This document shows positions 16,250 through 26,274 of a DNA stretch of 39,622 nt, in pieces. The notes beneath the pieces are model-generated. The model did not search any database. It worked only from the letters and a program-made list of their open reading frames with translations, and was not told the DNA's origin. Source of the DNA: a virus. Its lineage: Duplodnaviria; Caudoviricetes. The stretch spans positions 1-39,622 of the IMG/VR virus record IMGVR_UViG_3300037478_000532. The stretch is one strand, 5' to 3'. Position 1 is the first letter of the stretch; each line of letters starts with the position of its first letter. A program made the translations under genes and the position numbers.

Positions 16250-16566
16250 GGTCGGTCCTTTCGTTCTGGCGCCGCCGCGTCCTCGCGCACTGCTGCCGCC
16301 TGTATGCGGGCTACCTCGTTGAGGAGTGAGAGCATGAATTCGTCGGCGTGCGAGCCATTGCGATCCGCGCTGGGGCGATGTCGATCCCACCAACTCTCGC
16401 GGTTGTGTTCGTACCAATCGCGCAGATACCTCGCGACGGCATCGCCGGCCGCTGTCGGCTCGCTGCCGAAATACATGTCGGCGGCGCAGACGCCTTCGCC
16501 CCAATAGCCCTCGCAGTACATGCGGCCGCACTTTGGGCAGAAGGTCTGGTCTTTCTCGCGCATCAT
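16246..16566 (-). CDS. inserted hypothetical protein with CPKC
   Basis: Coupled at both ends between endolysin and holin-like gene. Confidence 0.6.
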   Translation of the reverse strand: MMREKDQTFCPKCGRMYCEGYWGEGVCAADMYFGSEPTAAGDAVARYLRDWYEHNRESWWDRHRPSADRNGSHADEFMLSLLNEVARIQAAAVREDAAAPERKDRP

Positions 16567-17447
16567 CAGCCCTTCGCCCGCGCCAGCACCGGCTGCGTCC
16601 GCTTGTGGCGGATGTAGAGAACAATGCCGATGGTGATGACGATGCCGGCGACCACGAGCAGCGCGATCGTCAGCGGATCGAGCCCGGACTCGGCCGCCTG
16701 CCGCGCGCCCTCCGCCGTCGCCAACCCACCGCCGCCGGCCGTGCCGCCCTCAGGCGCACCGGGCTTTGGCGGTTCGACCAGGGGCGGCGGCTTCTCGTTG
16801 ACGATGGGTGGCGCTGCGGGGACCACTGCCGGCGCTCGCAGCCCCTTGTTCCAGAGCGCGGCCTCCTTATCGCGACGCTCGCGCAGCCCGCGCACACTTG
16901 GCCACAGTCGCTTCATCGCGCGGATATCGTCGTCCGGCAGACCGAGGCGCGCAGTCTTGATGTGCAGTTTGATGTCGCGCATCTCGCGATAGCGGTCGCC
17001 GGCCTTGTCGAACGACGCGCCGCGATTGTAGGCCACCGACACGATGGCGCCGAGACAGTCCGGCGCAAGCTTTGCCGCCTCCGGGATGCGGTCGCATACC
17101 GTCCTGGTCCACTGCGGCAGATCGACGTTCATGAACACGTCGATGGCCACGGCCCAGCCGATCTCGATGCGGTTCTTGACCCGCGGCAGCAAACCGCGCG
17201 CCGCAGTTCCGGTGACGCCGCAGCACTCCACCATGGCGTCGATCATCTGCTGCGGCACCTTGCCGGCAAAATCGCGTCGCACCTTGGCGGCATTAGCGTA
17301 GCCCAGATCATAGCCGATGCACACCGTCACGCCGGACGCGCCGCCCGGCCACTCCGGACGGCGGTATTTCTTTTCGTAATAGGCTTTGCTCGATACCTCA
17401 CAGGCGACGATCAGATCGACGGCGGCTTGAGAAACATGCAGCATCAC
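16566..17447 (-). CDS. endolysin (T4/pesticin-like muramidase) with C-terminal TM anchor
   Basis: Catalytic E then SGVTVCIGYDLG; GLRERRDKEA; hydrophobic C-terminus. Confidence 0.85.
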   Translation of the reverse strand: MMLHVSQAAVDLIVACEVSSKAYYEKKYRRPEWPGGASGVTVCIGYDLGYANAAKVRRDFAGKVPQQMIDAMVECCGVTGTAARGLLPRVKNRIEIGWAVAIDVFMNVDLPQWTRTVCDRIPEAAKLAPDCLGAIVSVAYNRGASFDKAGDRYREMRDIKLHIKTARLGLPDDDIRAMKRLWPSVRGLRERRDKEAALWNKGLRAPAVVPAAPPIVNEKPPPLVEPPKPGAPEGGTAGGGGLATAEGARQAAESGLDPLTIALLVVAGIVITIGIVLYIRHKRTQPVLARAKG

Positions 17448-17689
17448 TTCACCTTTGCCGGTTTGCGCTCACGACAGACGACGCCTTTGACCGTGACGAA
17501 AAACGGCGCAGCGCGGGCGATCCCCGCGAGCGGCGGCTTCGGAGCCTGCAAGCACAACGCTTTGGTCGCATACCACCCGCTGTATTGCGGTTTCTCCGGG
17601 TCCATGTAGAAGCTCTTGCCACCTGCAATCAGATGGATTGCCACGACCCAGACCGATACGGCTTCCATTACATCCCTCACTGTGCCCAC
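17444..17689 (-). CDS. small hypothetical protein
   Basis: Coupled to the endolysin start. Confidence 0.55.
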   Translation of the reverse strand: MGTVRDVMEAVSVWVVAIHLIAGGKSFYMDPEKPQYSGWYATKALCLQAPKPPLAGIARAAPFFVTVKGVVCRERKPAKVK

Positions 17690-17877
17690 AGCACTAGGAG
17701 GAGCAGCACATAGAGCGTCAGTGCGACGAAGCCTGCGACCACCAGCACAACGCGGTCACGCCGCGGCGGCCACAGCGCGGGCCGTGGCGGCAGCGGCGCA
17801 ATCGGTTCAAGCTGCGGCAGCACCGGGCCAAGGTCGTATTGCATCGGGCGGGTGTTTTTGGCTGTGCGACAGGTCAT
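17677..17877 (-). CDS. small Pro-rich membrane protein
   Basis: ATGA coupling; C-terminal TM. Confidence 0.55.
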   Translation of the reverse strand: MTCRTAKNTRPMQYDLGPVLPQLEPIAPLPPRPALWPPRRDRVVLVVAGFVALTLYVLLLLVLWAQ

Positions 17878-18485
17878 AGCGCCGCGCTCACATAGGCGAT
17901 CACCCGCGACCGCGGATACCAGCCCTCTGCCACCACGCGGCGGCCGGGCTTGCCCCTGGCATTGCCTGAGACCACCAGCACGGTTCCATTGCGCTTGACC
18001 TTCTTGACCACGCCGATGTGGCCGCCGCCCTTGCGGGTGAGAACGGCAATAGCGCCGGGCCTCGGCTTGACCTTGGGCAGGGCGGCCCAATCCTTGGCCC
18101 AGTTCGGATTGAGCCCCTTGCGTTTGAGAAACCGTTCCGCCTGCGGCACCAGCATCGCCATGAACCGCGCGCACCACAGCCGGCTCCATCCCGTGGGGTT
18201 GTCCCCGATATGCGCTTCCGCCCTGGCCAGCAGCGCCTTGGCCTTGATCGCGGCCACCGGCCTACGCGGCGGCATCGGGCGCGGCAGCACGGTCCCCGGT
18301 GGAGGCTGCCATCTGGCCCCGCTCGAAAGCATCGGGTCCGGGATACGTGGCACGGTGTCCGGCGCCAGCGCGTAGACCACGGGACGCGACGGCAGGAGCG
18401 GCTCCGGCTCCCGGTATGGCATCAAGCTCTGCACGGCAGCGCCGATCGCGCCGGCAATGGCCAGCGCGGCAAGGAAGGGTTGCAT
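17874..18485 (-). CDS. secreted CHAP/NlpC-like cysteine peptidase (TIGR02594-like)
   Basis: Signal-like N-terminus, Pro-rich linker, WCARF, GHIG, SGN. Confidence 0.75.
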   Translation of the reverse strand: MQPFLAALAIAGAIGAAVQSLMPYREPEPLLPSRPVVYALAPDTVPRIPDPMLSSGARWQPPPGTVLPRPMPPRRPVAAIKAKALLARAEAHIGDNPTGWSRLWCARFMAMLVPQAERFLKRKGLNPNWAKDWAALPKVKPRPGAIAVLTRKGGGHIGVVKKVKRNGTVLVVSGNARGKPGRRVVAEGWYPRSRVIAYVSAAL

Positions 18486-18573
18486 TGGTGTACCGTTGGC
18501 TGTTGATTGTGTTGACCGCAAACGATAATCTGAATTGTGCTTGGTCCGGGCACGTCCGGTAACCGTTCAACCA

Positions 18574-19293
18574 ATGCCCGCCAACAAACGATTCCCGACT
18601 TACCTGTCAGACCAGCGCGCCTTCCATGATGCGGTCGTCACCGAAGATTTGGCGTCGTTCGATTGGGAGCGCCGGAGAATACGCGAGAACTTCGACGTCG
18701 ATCAGATCATGCGTCACGGCAGAAGGCCGGAACGTATCCTTAACATCGGCTGCGGCACGGGAAGCCAGGATGTCATCATCGCCGACCGCGATCATGTGAG
18801 CGTGGTCCATGCGGTCGATCCGTCGCCAAAGAGCGTCGAAGCCGCCGAAAGGCACTTTCCTCACCCCAAGGTGAAGCGTTGGGTGGCTGGGTTCAAAGAC
18901 CTGCCGCCAACACGCAATTACGACCTGGTGATGAGCGTTGACGTGTTCGAGCACCTGGACGAACCAGATGCCTACTTCGAAACGGTCAGCAGAACCGCTC
19001 GTGCCGGCGGGCATATTGTCATCATCACACCCAATCGACTGCGATGGAGCAACGTCGTGAGAAAAGCTCTAGGCAAGCCCGCTGTTTTGCTCTCACAGAT
19101 GCATTATCGCGAATACTCAAAACAGGATTTAGTCGCGATCGGCGCGGCACATAACTTGACGCTTATCGACAGCTTCGGCAGCGGCATTCACGGCCCGCTG
19201 CTGCCATCGTTGCCGCTCGCGTCCAACCTCCGATTCGGGGCACGGCTGCCGATCATTGCCCATATCATCGGCGTGGTATTCAGAACTGCTTGA
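18574..19293 (+). CDS. class I SAM-dependent methyltransferase (accessory, antisense to late operon)
   Basis: LNIGCGTG, VFEHL, TPN motifs. Confidence 0.85.
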   Translation: MPANKRFPTYLSDQRAFHDAVVTEDLASFDWERRRIRENFDVDQIMRHGRRPERILNIGCGTGSQDVIIADRDHVSVVHAVDPSPKSVEAAERHFPHPKVKRWVAGFKDLPPTRNYDLVMSVDVFEHLDEPDAYFETVSRTARAGGHIVIITPNRLRWSNVVRKALGKPAVLLSQMHYREYSKQDLVAIGAAHNLTLIDSFGSGIHGPLLPSLPLASNLRFGARLPIIAHIIGVVFRTA

Positions 19294-20485
19294 ATTCTAT
19301 TTCCCGGATGTAGGGCTGGGGACTGGCCGCATTGCCAGACATTCCAAGAAGACGATAATTCGTCGAAGCCAAAGTGTTGACGTTCAATTCGGCCTGTGTC
19401 TGCACGGTGGCTCCGCCAAGCGTGAATGCGCTGCCGACCGGCTCATAGTTTCCATTATGCAGCACATGCCATTGCCACGCACCGTGCGACTGTCCACCGC
19501 TCTGATGAAGACGCGCCTCGACGACAATCACTGGATCGGAAAACTGAAAATCGATCCACTTGCCTGCGACAGCAGTCCCGCTCGGAAACCAGGTCGCGGT
19601 GCCGGCCGTATCTGCAAATGAACCGTCAACCAGATGCGAGCCGTCCTGCTGTAATGTGCTCGCACTCGCGGTGACCGTGAGAACGTCACGACGGTCGCCG
19701 GTCACGTATTGGGCCAGCACACCGCCTTCCATGAGGAATGTGCGTTCGGCAAATCGATGACCCAATTCGATCTGAGAACCTTGGTTGAGATGCACGTTGT
19801 CGGCATTTGTTTGCAAGTCCTCCGCCGTGACCACACCGATGGCGGGCACGACGCGATCGGCATAACGTTGATAGTCGCGCAGTTTTGCGGCGCCTGGATA
19901 TAACCCGGCCGGCAGTGGCCCCAACACCGAGAGGATCATGCCGAGATCGGGAAGGCCGCCGTCAAGTTTGATCTTCGTATAAAGATCGGCCAGCCCTGCC
20001 ATCCAGTAGCTCGGATTGGACGATGCGGCGGCGTCAGCCTCCCCGCCAAGCCACAAGATAGCCTTCGGCGTACCCCACGTTTTGGTGTTCAGGATGCGAG
20101 CAAGCGTCCATGAATAGGCCAACTCGCGACGGTTATAGCCCCTCATCCAGCCACGTGAAGAATTGATATCGGTTCCGCCCCAAGCGCAGGGCACAAGACC
20201 AATTTCCAATTCAGGATCGGCCTTGAGATCGATGCGCTTGTCCGCGAATGCGATCCCAAAACCAACTCCCGCTGATGGCTGAGAGTGAATTGGGTCGATT
20301 GCTTGATCCCATGTCCCCGCACCAGGGTTATCGATGTTGCATGGTCGCTGCGGGTCAAGGCTCGCATCCCACGGCTGCGAATAATAGTAGATGCGCGCGG
20401 CGTTGGCGTAACTCGGTGCTGGCGACAAGGAGCCCAGGCCGACCGCATTGGATGCTCCGAGGATATAGTAGATTTCTCGTGGCAT
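19280..20485 (-). CDS. SGNH/SASA carbohydrate O-acetylesterase with C-terminal beta-sandwich
   Basis: GASNAVG, WLGGEAD, DNVHL motifs; located at the end of the tail module. Confidence 0.85.
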   Translation of the reverse strand: MPREIYYILGASNAVGLGSLSPAPSYANAARIYYYSQPWDASLDPQRPCNIDNPGAGTWDQAIDPIHSQPSAGVGFGIAFADKRIDLKADPELEIGLVPCAWGGTDINSSRGWMRGYNRRELAYSWTLARILNTKTWGTPKAILWLGGEADAAASSNPSYWMAGLADLYTKIKLDGGLPDLGMILSVLGPLPAGLYPGAAKLRDYQRYADRVVPAIGVVTAEDLQTNADNVHLNQGSQIELGHRFAERTFLMEGGVLAQYVTGDRRDVLTVTASASTLQQDGSHLVDGSFADTAGTATWFPSGTAVAGKWIDFQFSDPVIVVEARLHQSGGQSHGAWQWHVLHNGNYEPVGSAFTLGGATVQTQAELNVNTLASTNYRLLGMSGNAASPQPYIREIEFKQF

Positions 20486-20491
20486 GGGTCG

Positions 20492-20905
20492 CTATTCCGG
20501 TTTGACTTGGAGTGCCGCGGCGATCTCGGCCGCTCTTGCCTTGCCCAGCGCCGCGATCATCCCCTGCCAGCCGCGCTTGAACCTTGCGCTGTCGAGGCTG
20601 ATGGGCTCACTTCCCTGTGCCTGCAATGCGGCCCACAGCAGGCCCATCTCATCCGACTGTGCGGCTGCCGTTCGGATCGCGGCGTAGTCGGTCGGCGTCA
20701 ATGCCGCGAACAACTCGCGCGCCATGAACTCGCGCTTGGGTGGATTGAGCACGGCTCGAATTTCGGCCTCGGTCGGCCTACCGCCGATGCAGTCGGCCCA
20801 ATAGTCCATACCGTCAATTGCGATAGGCCCATATCGCACCGCGTCGGGGTGCTGCGCGCTCGCCGGCCATTTTGGCTCGTGGCCGTGGTAGACGGCGCGG
20901 ATCAT
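20492..20905 (-). CDS. tail-fibre-associated protein
   Basis: Coupled to the fibre gene. Confidence 0.65.
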   Translation of the reverse strand: MIRAVYHGHEPKWPASAQHPDAVRYGPIAIDGMDYWADCIGGRPTEAEIRAVLNPPKREFMARELFAALTPTDYAAIRTAAAQSDEMGLLWAALQAQGSEPISLDSARFKRGWQGMIAALGKARAAEIAAALQVKPE

Positions 20906-23094
20906 GTCATGATCTCCTTCAACTCGATGTAGCTGTTGATGAGACCGCCATAGTCGCGAGACCCGGCCCGGCCGTTGAACGTCGTGGTCCCGGCCGAAGA
21001 ACTGCCGGCCCGGACGTTGAAGGTGATCGTACTTGTGGTGGCCGCCAACGCCACGTAATTGATGTTAGGAGGCGGGCAATGCACTGTGTCGGCAATGGCG
21101 CGTTGCGGCGCGACAGCCACCGTCGTGGTGCCATTCAACAAGAACGCAGCAAAGTTGCTACCGACGCTGTGCGCCAAGTACACCTGCGCTTCGACTCTAG
21201 TCAAATTGGCGGCGGATGTCGGCGTGATGCTATCCGACAGGAATTGCGTGCCTTCGGAGCTTGTCGGAGCCGAGTCGTCCAGGGGAACGGTCGTCGTTCC
21301 GGTGGCGACCTCGCCGTCGTCGTCGCGCTGGATTTGCAGGATGTCGCCGGGCAGCGGGTCGCCTGGAGCCCAGAGATGCTCGCGTGTCGGGGCAACCCAT
21401 GTGCCGGCGGTCAAGCCGCTTTCCCATGATGCCCAGCCGATGACGGTGTACGCCTTCGCGGTGACGGCGGAGTCGGTGTAGAAGATTTGTGATGAGTCTG
21501 ATCCGGTCCCTACCGCAGTCGAACTGGCGATGCCCCAGCCCCGGAGTCGGTACAGACTCACAAGTTTGCCTAATGATGTGGCTGCTGTCTTGATGACCCC
21601 CAGCCGCAGCGTTCCCCCATCATTGAAGATCGTCGCGTAGACGCGCGCGGCGTACCCGTTTACGAACCCCAACGTGCCGCCGCTCGGCACCGTCACCGAC
21701 AGCGGCGCCGTCACCGCGACCCATTCCGGCGCACCGTCCGTCACCGTAACGGAGCGGAACCGGACCCATACCGGATCGCCGGCGCTCGGATCGTTGCCGG
21801 CGTTGGTCTTCAATGCAGCGGTCAGGGCGTTGGAATCGACCGACCAATCCAGATAGCCGTTGACGATGTTGACATTCGCTTCGGTGTTTCCGACGCTCCC
21901 GCCGAAATCGACGTCGCCAACGAGAATCCGCCGCGGCCCGCCAGGAGAACCGGGCCGGGTGAAGTACAGTTCGTCTGTGTCAACGAGAGACGTTTCGAAC
22001 GCTTCGGTGCCGGCGAACAGGCCGTCCGCGCCGGCGGCACCGTCGGCCGCTTGCATGTTTATGCCGGTATCGACCCAAGCCAACGGCGATCCGGTCAGGA
22101 CATAGAGGTCGCCATCCGTCGAGTCGGCGTCGATCCAAAGCGACCCGGCCGGATACGTCGTCGCCGGTTCGTCGTTTTGCGTGACGATAGTCGAACCGTC
22201 AGCGCCGTCTGCCCCATTGGAGCCATTGGCACCGTTCGCCCCGTCGGCGCCCTGCATGTTGATGCCGGTGTCGACCCATGCCAGAGGCGAGCCAGTCAGG
22301 ACATAGAGATCGGCGTCGTCGGAATCGGCATCGATCCACAGCGAGCCGGCGGGAAACGTGGTGGACGGTTCGTCGTTTTGCGCGGTCGTCGTTGTGCCAT
22401 CGGCGCCGGACACCCCAGTCGCGCCGGTATCACCGTCGGCACCTGTGACATACGCCGGACCCTGCCACGACGGCGGCGAAGTCGCGAGCAGGCTGTAGAT
22501 CGCGGCACGGCCGTCGCCGGTGTCGTCGACCAGCACGCGAAAGCCAGCGACCTCGCCCTCGTAGGCCGCACGCGCGGCGATGTCGTCGACGTGCGCGTCG
22601 AAGTCGAGTCCCTCGCCGTCCTCGCCGATTACGCCTTGAACCACCGGCACGAACATCCAGAATGCATCGTCCTCGTCCGCAGTCGGCGGCACGTTGCCGG
22701 TGTTGTCGTCGACCTTGGATGCGAACAGCCGGCCGTCGTGGGTGACAAGATGTCCGGTGTGGTAGGTGGTCGACGGCGAGCCGGTGTTGTAGGCGCCTAC
22801 CGGAGTGAGGCCCAGAACGTCGCTGCCCTGCGCCAGGCCGATCGGGATGTAGCGCCATGTGCGCGAGAACGCGCCTTTGGTTGCGTCGATACGATAGTGC
22901 CCGCCGATGGTATTAAATCCGGCGTCGGCGCCGTCGGCGGCGACGAACGGGTTATCCATGCCGATCGCGCCGTTGAAGTCGGAAAAGAGCTGCGGCAGGG
23001 CGCCGGAAAATTCCGTCGTCACCGTCACGGTTGCGCCGTCGACGATGTCGCCGGCTTCGTCTGTGATCGCAAAATTGTAGCGCGCAAAGGGCAT
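20902..23094 (-). CDS. tail fibre/receptor-binding protein with collagen-like linkers
   Basis: G-X-Y stretches, duplicated module, position after the hub. Confidence 0.8.
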   Translation of the reverse strand: MPFARYNFAITDEAGDIVDGATVTVTTEFSGALPQLFSDFNGAIGMDNPFVAADGADAGFNTIGGHYRIDATKGAFSRTWRYIPIGLAQGSDVLGLTPVGAYNTGSPSTTYHTGHLVTHDGRLFASKVDDNTGNVPPTADEDDAFWMFVPVVQGVIGEDGEGLDFDAHVDDIAARAAYEGEVAGFRVLVDDTGDGRAAIYSLLATSPPSWQGPAYVTGADGDTGATGVSGADGTTTTAQNDEPSTTFPAGSLWIDADSDDADLYVLTGSPLAWVDTGINMQGADGANGANGSNGADGADGSTIVTQNDEPATTYPAGSLWIDADSTDGDLYVLTGSPLAWVDTGINMQAADGAAGADGLFAGTEAFETSLVDTDELYFTRPGSPGGPRRILVGDVDFGGSVGNTEANVNIVNGYLDWSVDSNALTAALKTNAGNDPSAGDPVWVRFRSVTVTDGAPEWVAVTAPLSVTVPSGGTLGFVNGYAARVYATIFNDGGTLRLGVIKTAATSLGKLVSLYRLRGWGIASSTAVGTGSDSSQIFYTDSAVTAKAYTVIGWASWESGLTAGTWVAPTREHLWAPGDPLPGDILQIQRDDDGEVATGTTTVPLDDSAPTSSEGTQFLSDSITPTSAANLTRVEAQVYLAHSVGSNFAAFLLNGTTTVAVAPQRAIADTVHCPPPNINYVALAATTSTITFNVRAGSSSAGTTTFNGRAGSRDYGGLINSYIELKEIMT
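22052..22387 (-). repeat. tandem duplication within the tail fibre (201-nt period)
   Basis: QNDEP.TT.PAGSLWIDADS.D.DLYVLTGSPLAWVDTGINMQ twice. Confidence 0.9.
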
Positions 23095-23130
23095 GATGGT
23101 CGCTCGATGTTGTGTGCTGGATCGACGCCG

Positions 23131-25392
23131 CTAGTTGACCTGGCCGCCGCGGCGGTCGCCGATCGGCGATCCCGAAGTCACAAAGCTGATGCCGTCGATG
23201 GCCTTACCTGCCGCGCCGGCGGCGGTGTTCGAGCTGTGGCCCTTGGTGCCGGCCTCACCCGGATCGCCGCCCCTGCCGCCGGGCGGACGGAAAGTGGCGG
23301 CGCCGCCGGCGCCGCCGACATCGGCGGTGCCGGGCTTGCCGTCCTTCGCATCGCCAGCCGCCTTGCCGCCGGCGCCGGGCACGGTTCCCGCGCCGCCGCC
23401 GCCGCCGTTGCCATACGCCAAGCTGCCTTGGCCAGCGCCGCCGCCGCCGCCGCCGCCGAAGATTTCTCCGGAAGCGTCGTCAACCGTGATAGCCGCACGG
23501 GCATAGAACGCCGTACCACCGGCGGCACCGGCTGTCGCCGCGGTTGGAAACTCACCTTTACCTCCCTTGCCGCCAGCACCCTGAATCCGTCCCACCAGGA
23601 CCAGGATCAGCGTCACCCCAGCCGGCCAATCTCCAACGTCAAATGCGGGATTCAGGTTTGAACTTGATCCGACTGTGACTCCCGCATTGACGATGCAGGT
23701 CACCGTGATGCCGGCTTCCGGCGCCGGATAGATCGAGTCGTGCGCGGTGCGGAAATTGTAGTTGTTGATGTTCGACGCGATGATCAGCGTGCGTTCCGTC
23801 GAATCCTCCGCCGGCACGTCGAACCTTGCTTCCTCGGCCTCGACCTCGATGTAGTCGGCGCCGGGTTTGAGCCGCACCACCTGCACCGGCGCGTCGGTCG
23901 GCGCCCCGGTGTCGTCCTGCATCGTCCAGTGCTCGACGCGATAGCCGCCGGCGAGCTCCGGCATCACCGGCAGGCTGTCGCGCAACAGATGAAACCGGAA
24001 CAGCCGCGGCGGGATGGTGAACCGCCCCAGCAGGATAGCGTTGCGGCGGTCGGCGGCGCTGCGCCCGGCGATCGGAATAAGCCGGGTGAAGTCCTGCCGG
24101 ATCGCCGCCGAGCCTTCGTTGGCCTCGGCAAGAAGGTCGATCGACGGCGCCACCGCGGCGAAGTTCTTGGCGTCGGTCAGGCTTGTGAGCGGATCGATCT
24201 GGGCGAAATAGGTAACGACCTGCGACAGCCGCTTGTCGGGCTGCTCCTGCACGTCGAAGCTGCCGGCGGCCATCTCGGCCTCGGTGAACCGCGCCGCGGT
24301 GGTATCGACGCCTTTGATGACTTGAAATCCGATCTGCTGGACGTCGTCGCGCCACCAGATCACCAGGCCGGCGACCTGGATCAATTCGGCCAGCAAGTCC
24401 TCGACCGGCGTCGGGTTTGCGACGATCCAGGTGTAGACCCGGTTGAGGTGCGCGGCGGTTTCCGCCTGCCACGCCGCCAGCGGAATGAACGAAGCATCGA
24501 CGCCGGCATAGTTGATCAGCAAATCGGCGACGATGTCGGCGGCGTCCTGCTGCTCGTAGTAGAGCACCTGCTGGACGCGGTCCTCGGCGGCGTGCAAATC
24601 CGCCGCCGTCGAAAGCTGCGCGCGGACGATGGTGAGCGCGTCGCTGGAGCGCGTGAACGAACATATTTCGCTGCCGCCGATCGCGACGTAGCCCGACGCT
24701 GCGTATTCGGCATTGCCGATGCCAGAAGGCGTCAGCGTCGCGGCAAGGTCGTTGTCGTCGATGCCGGCGACCAGGTAGCCGTTGTTCGGCAGCGGCGCCA
24801 GCGCGCGGTCGCCGGAAGCCAGCTTGAGCACGTCCTTGGCGACGATGGTGAAGATGCCGTCGGCGTTTGGGCCGTCGTAGTTGTCGATCACGAAATGGTG
24901 GGTTTCCATTTCGTCGATCGAGGTGCCGGGCTCGCCCAACTTCCAGCGCAGCGAGCGCCCGCGCATGTACGGGTTGCGGGCGTGCCACTTGCCGAAGAAC
25001 GTGCCTTGCGTGAATGCGTTGTAGCTGCGCTCGCTGAGATACTTGTCGCCGCCGGGCCCGGTGTCGCTGTGGCGGAAGTCGCGCAGCTTGACGGTGAGCG
25101 TCGCGCGCTCGCCCAGGTTCTCGCCGAGCGAAAGCCGGCCGGGATCGAACTCGATGTCGACGATGCAGGGAATCGCTTCGATGTCGGCGGGCAGGAACTC
25201 GGTCGGCACCGCGAACCGCCACGTCACCGGCACGTTGTTGAAGTTGTCGGGGTCCTGGCATGTGCCTAGCGAGTTGAAGCACTTGCGGGTGCCGGTCGGC
25301 GGCGACGCGGTAAGCGACGCCTGGCACGGCGCCACGCCGAATGTCTCGGCGCAATTGTCGACGTCGACCTCGATGTATTGCGCTATCCGCAT
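23131..25392 (-). CDS. tail tip/hub protein with C-terminal Gly-rich domain
   Basis: N-terminal C..C..C..C; GGGGGGG-rich C-terminus; position after distal tail. Confidence 0.8.
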   Translation of the reverse strand: MRIAQYIEVDVDNCAETFGVAPCQASLTASPPTGTRKCFNSLGTCQDPDNFNNVPVTWRFAVPTEFLPADIEAIPCIVDIEFDPGRLSLGENLGERATLTVKLRDFRHSDTGPGGDKYLSERSYNAFTQGTFFGKWHARNPYMRGRSLRWKLGEPGTSIDEMETHHFVIDNYDGPNADGIFTIVAKDVLKLASGDRALAPLPNNGYLVAGIDDNDLAATLTPSGIGNAEYAASGYVAIGGSEICSFTRSSDALTIVRAQLSTAADLHAAEDRVQQVLYYEQQDAADIVADLLINYAGVDASFIPLAAWQAETAAHLNRVYTWIVANPTPVEDLLAELIQVAGLVIWWRDDVQQIGFQVIKGVDTTAARFTEAEMAAGSFDVQEQPDKRLSQVVTYFAQIDPLTSLTDAKNFAAVAPSIDLLAEANEGSAAIRQDFTRLIPIAGRSAADRRNAILLGRFTIPPRLFRFHLLRDSLPVMPELAGGYRVEHWTMQDDTGAPTDAPVQVVRLKPGADYIEVEAEEARFDVPAEDSTERTLIIASNINNYNFRTAHDSIYPAPEAGITVTCIVNAGVTVGSSSNLNPAFDVGDWPAGVTLILVLVGRIQGAGGKGGKGEFPTAATAGAAGGTAFYARAAITVDDASGEIFGGGGGGGAGQGSLAYGNGGGGGAGTVPGAGGKAAGDAKDGKPGTADVGGAGGAATFRPPGGRGGDPGEAGTKGHSSNTAAGAAGKAIDGISFVTSGSPIGDRRGGQVN

Positions 25393-25436
25393 CGGCCGGC
25401 GTCGATCCGTTCAATGTTCGAAGGGCTGCGCGCCGG

Positions 25437-26255
25437 CTAGGCGACGCCGGTCATTTCAAGCGTGAGCGCCACCAGCCCGTGCGGGCTTTCGTTGACCGGC
25501 ATCGGCTCGTTGGTCATGGCGCAATAGCCGATCTCGGCCGGGTAGCTCTGCGGGCGCCAGCCGAAGAAGAACGGCGTGTCGCGGCTCGCAGCGACGAACG
25601 CATCGATGTGGGCGCGGTAGTAGGCCGGCTCGATCAGCGACAGCGGCACCTTGGATTCGCGGAATTCCTGGGTGACGATGCGGCCGAGATAGTCGCCGGC
25701 CTCGCTTCTACCGTTGGCCACCACCACGCGGCGGCCGTGCACGATCGGCGTGATGCCCTGGTACAGCTTTCGCGGCAGCACCAGAAGCTTGCCGGCGGAC
25801 AGCACCGCGATCTGCGCAACCGCGCTGCCGGCAGCAAGCTTGAGCCAGATCGCTTCGAGCGGCTGCGGCGTGAAGCGAAACAGCAGCGGGCCGTTGTCGC
25901 CCGGCAGTGACGGCCCGGCGAGCTCGGTCCACAGCGGCGGGCTTGCGGTATCGAAATATCCGACCGACGCGGCGATGCCGGCGGTGGCGAGGTTGTGCTT
26001 GGCGATCGCCAGCGCGTCGAGATCGTCGGCCGAATTTGTGGTGATCTTGATGTACTGCTCGACCGCGGTCGCGGCCTGCCATTTCAGGTGCGTCGCCGGA
26101 TTGGCCAGGTTGATCGCCGGGAAGTCGGCGTCCTCGGTATCTGCTTCGATGTTGTCGATGGTGACGATGTTGTTCCACAACACGATGGGATGATCCGCCG
26201 TCAGGCTCGGATCGTCCTCGGTGAGAACGAAGTTCGATGAAAGGACGATGCCCAC
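25437..26255 (-). CDS. distal tail-like protein
   Basis: Immediately downstream of the tape measure; NLANPAT...PFFFGWRP. Confidence 0.7.
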   Translation of the reverse strand: MGIVLSSNFVLTEDDPSLTADHPIVLWNNIVTIDNIEADTEDADFPAINLANPATHLKWQAATAVEQYIKITTNSADDLDALAIAKHNLATAGIAASVGYFDTASPPLWTELAGPSLPGDNGPLLFRFTPQPLEAIWLKLAAGSAVAQIAVLSAGKLLVLPRKLYQGITPIVHGRRVVVANGRSEAGDYLGRIVTQEFRESKVPLSLIEPAYYRAHIDAFVAASRDTPFFFGWRPQSYPAEIGYCAMTNEPMPVNESPHGLVALTLEMTGVA

Positions 26256-26274
26256 GGGGTGCGGCCCAGGTTTC

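Noticed and set aside
22052-22387. Tail-fibre repeat as a DGR template/variable pair
   Set aside because: Both copies are in frame in one gene, differences are not adenine-specific, and no reverse transcriptase is present in the window.
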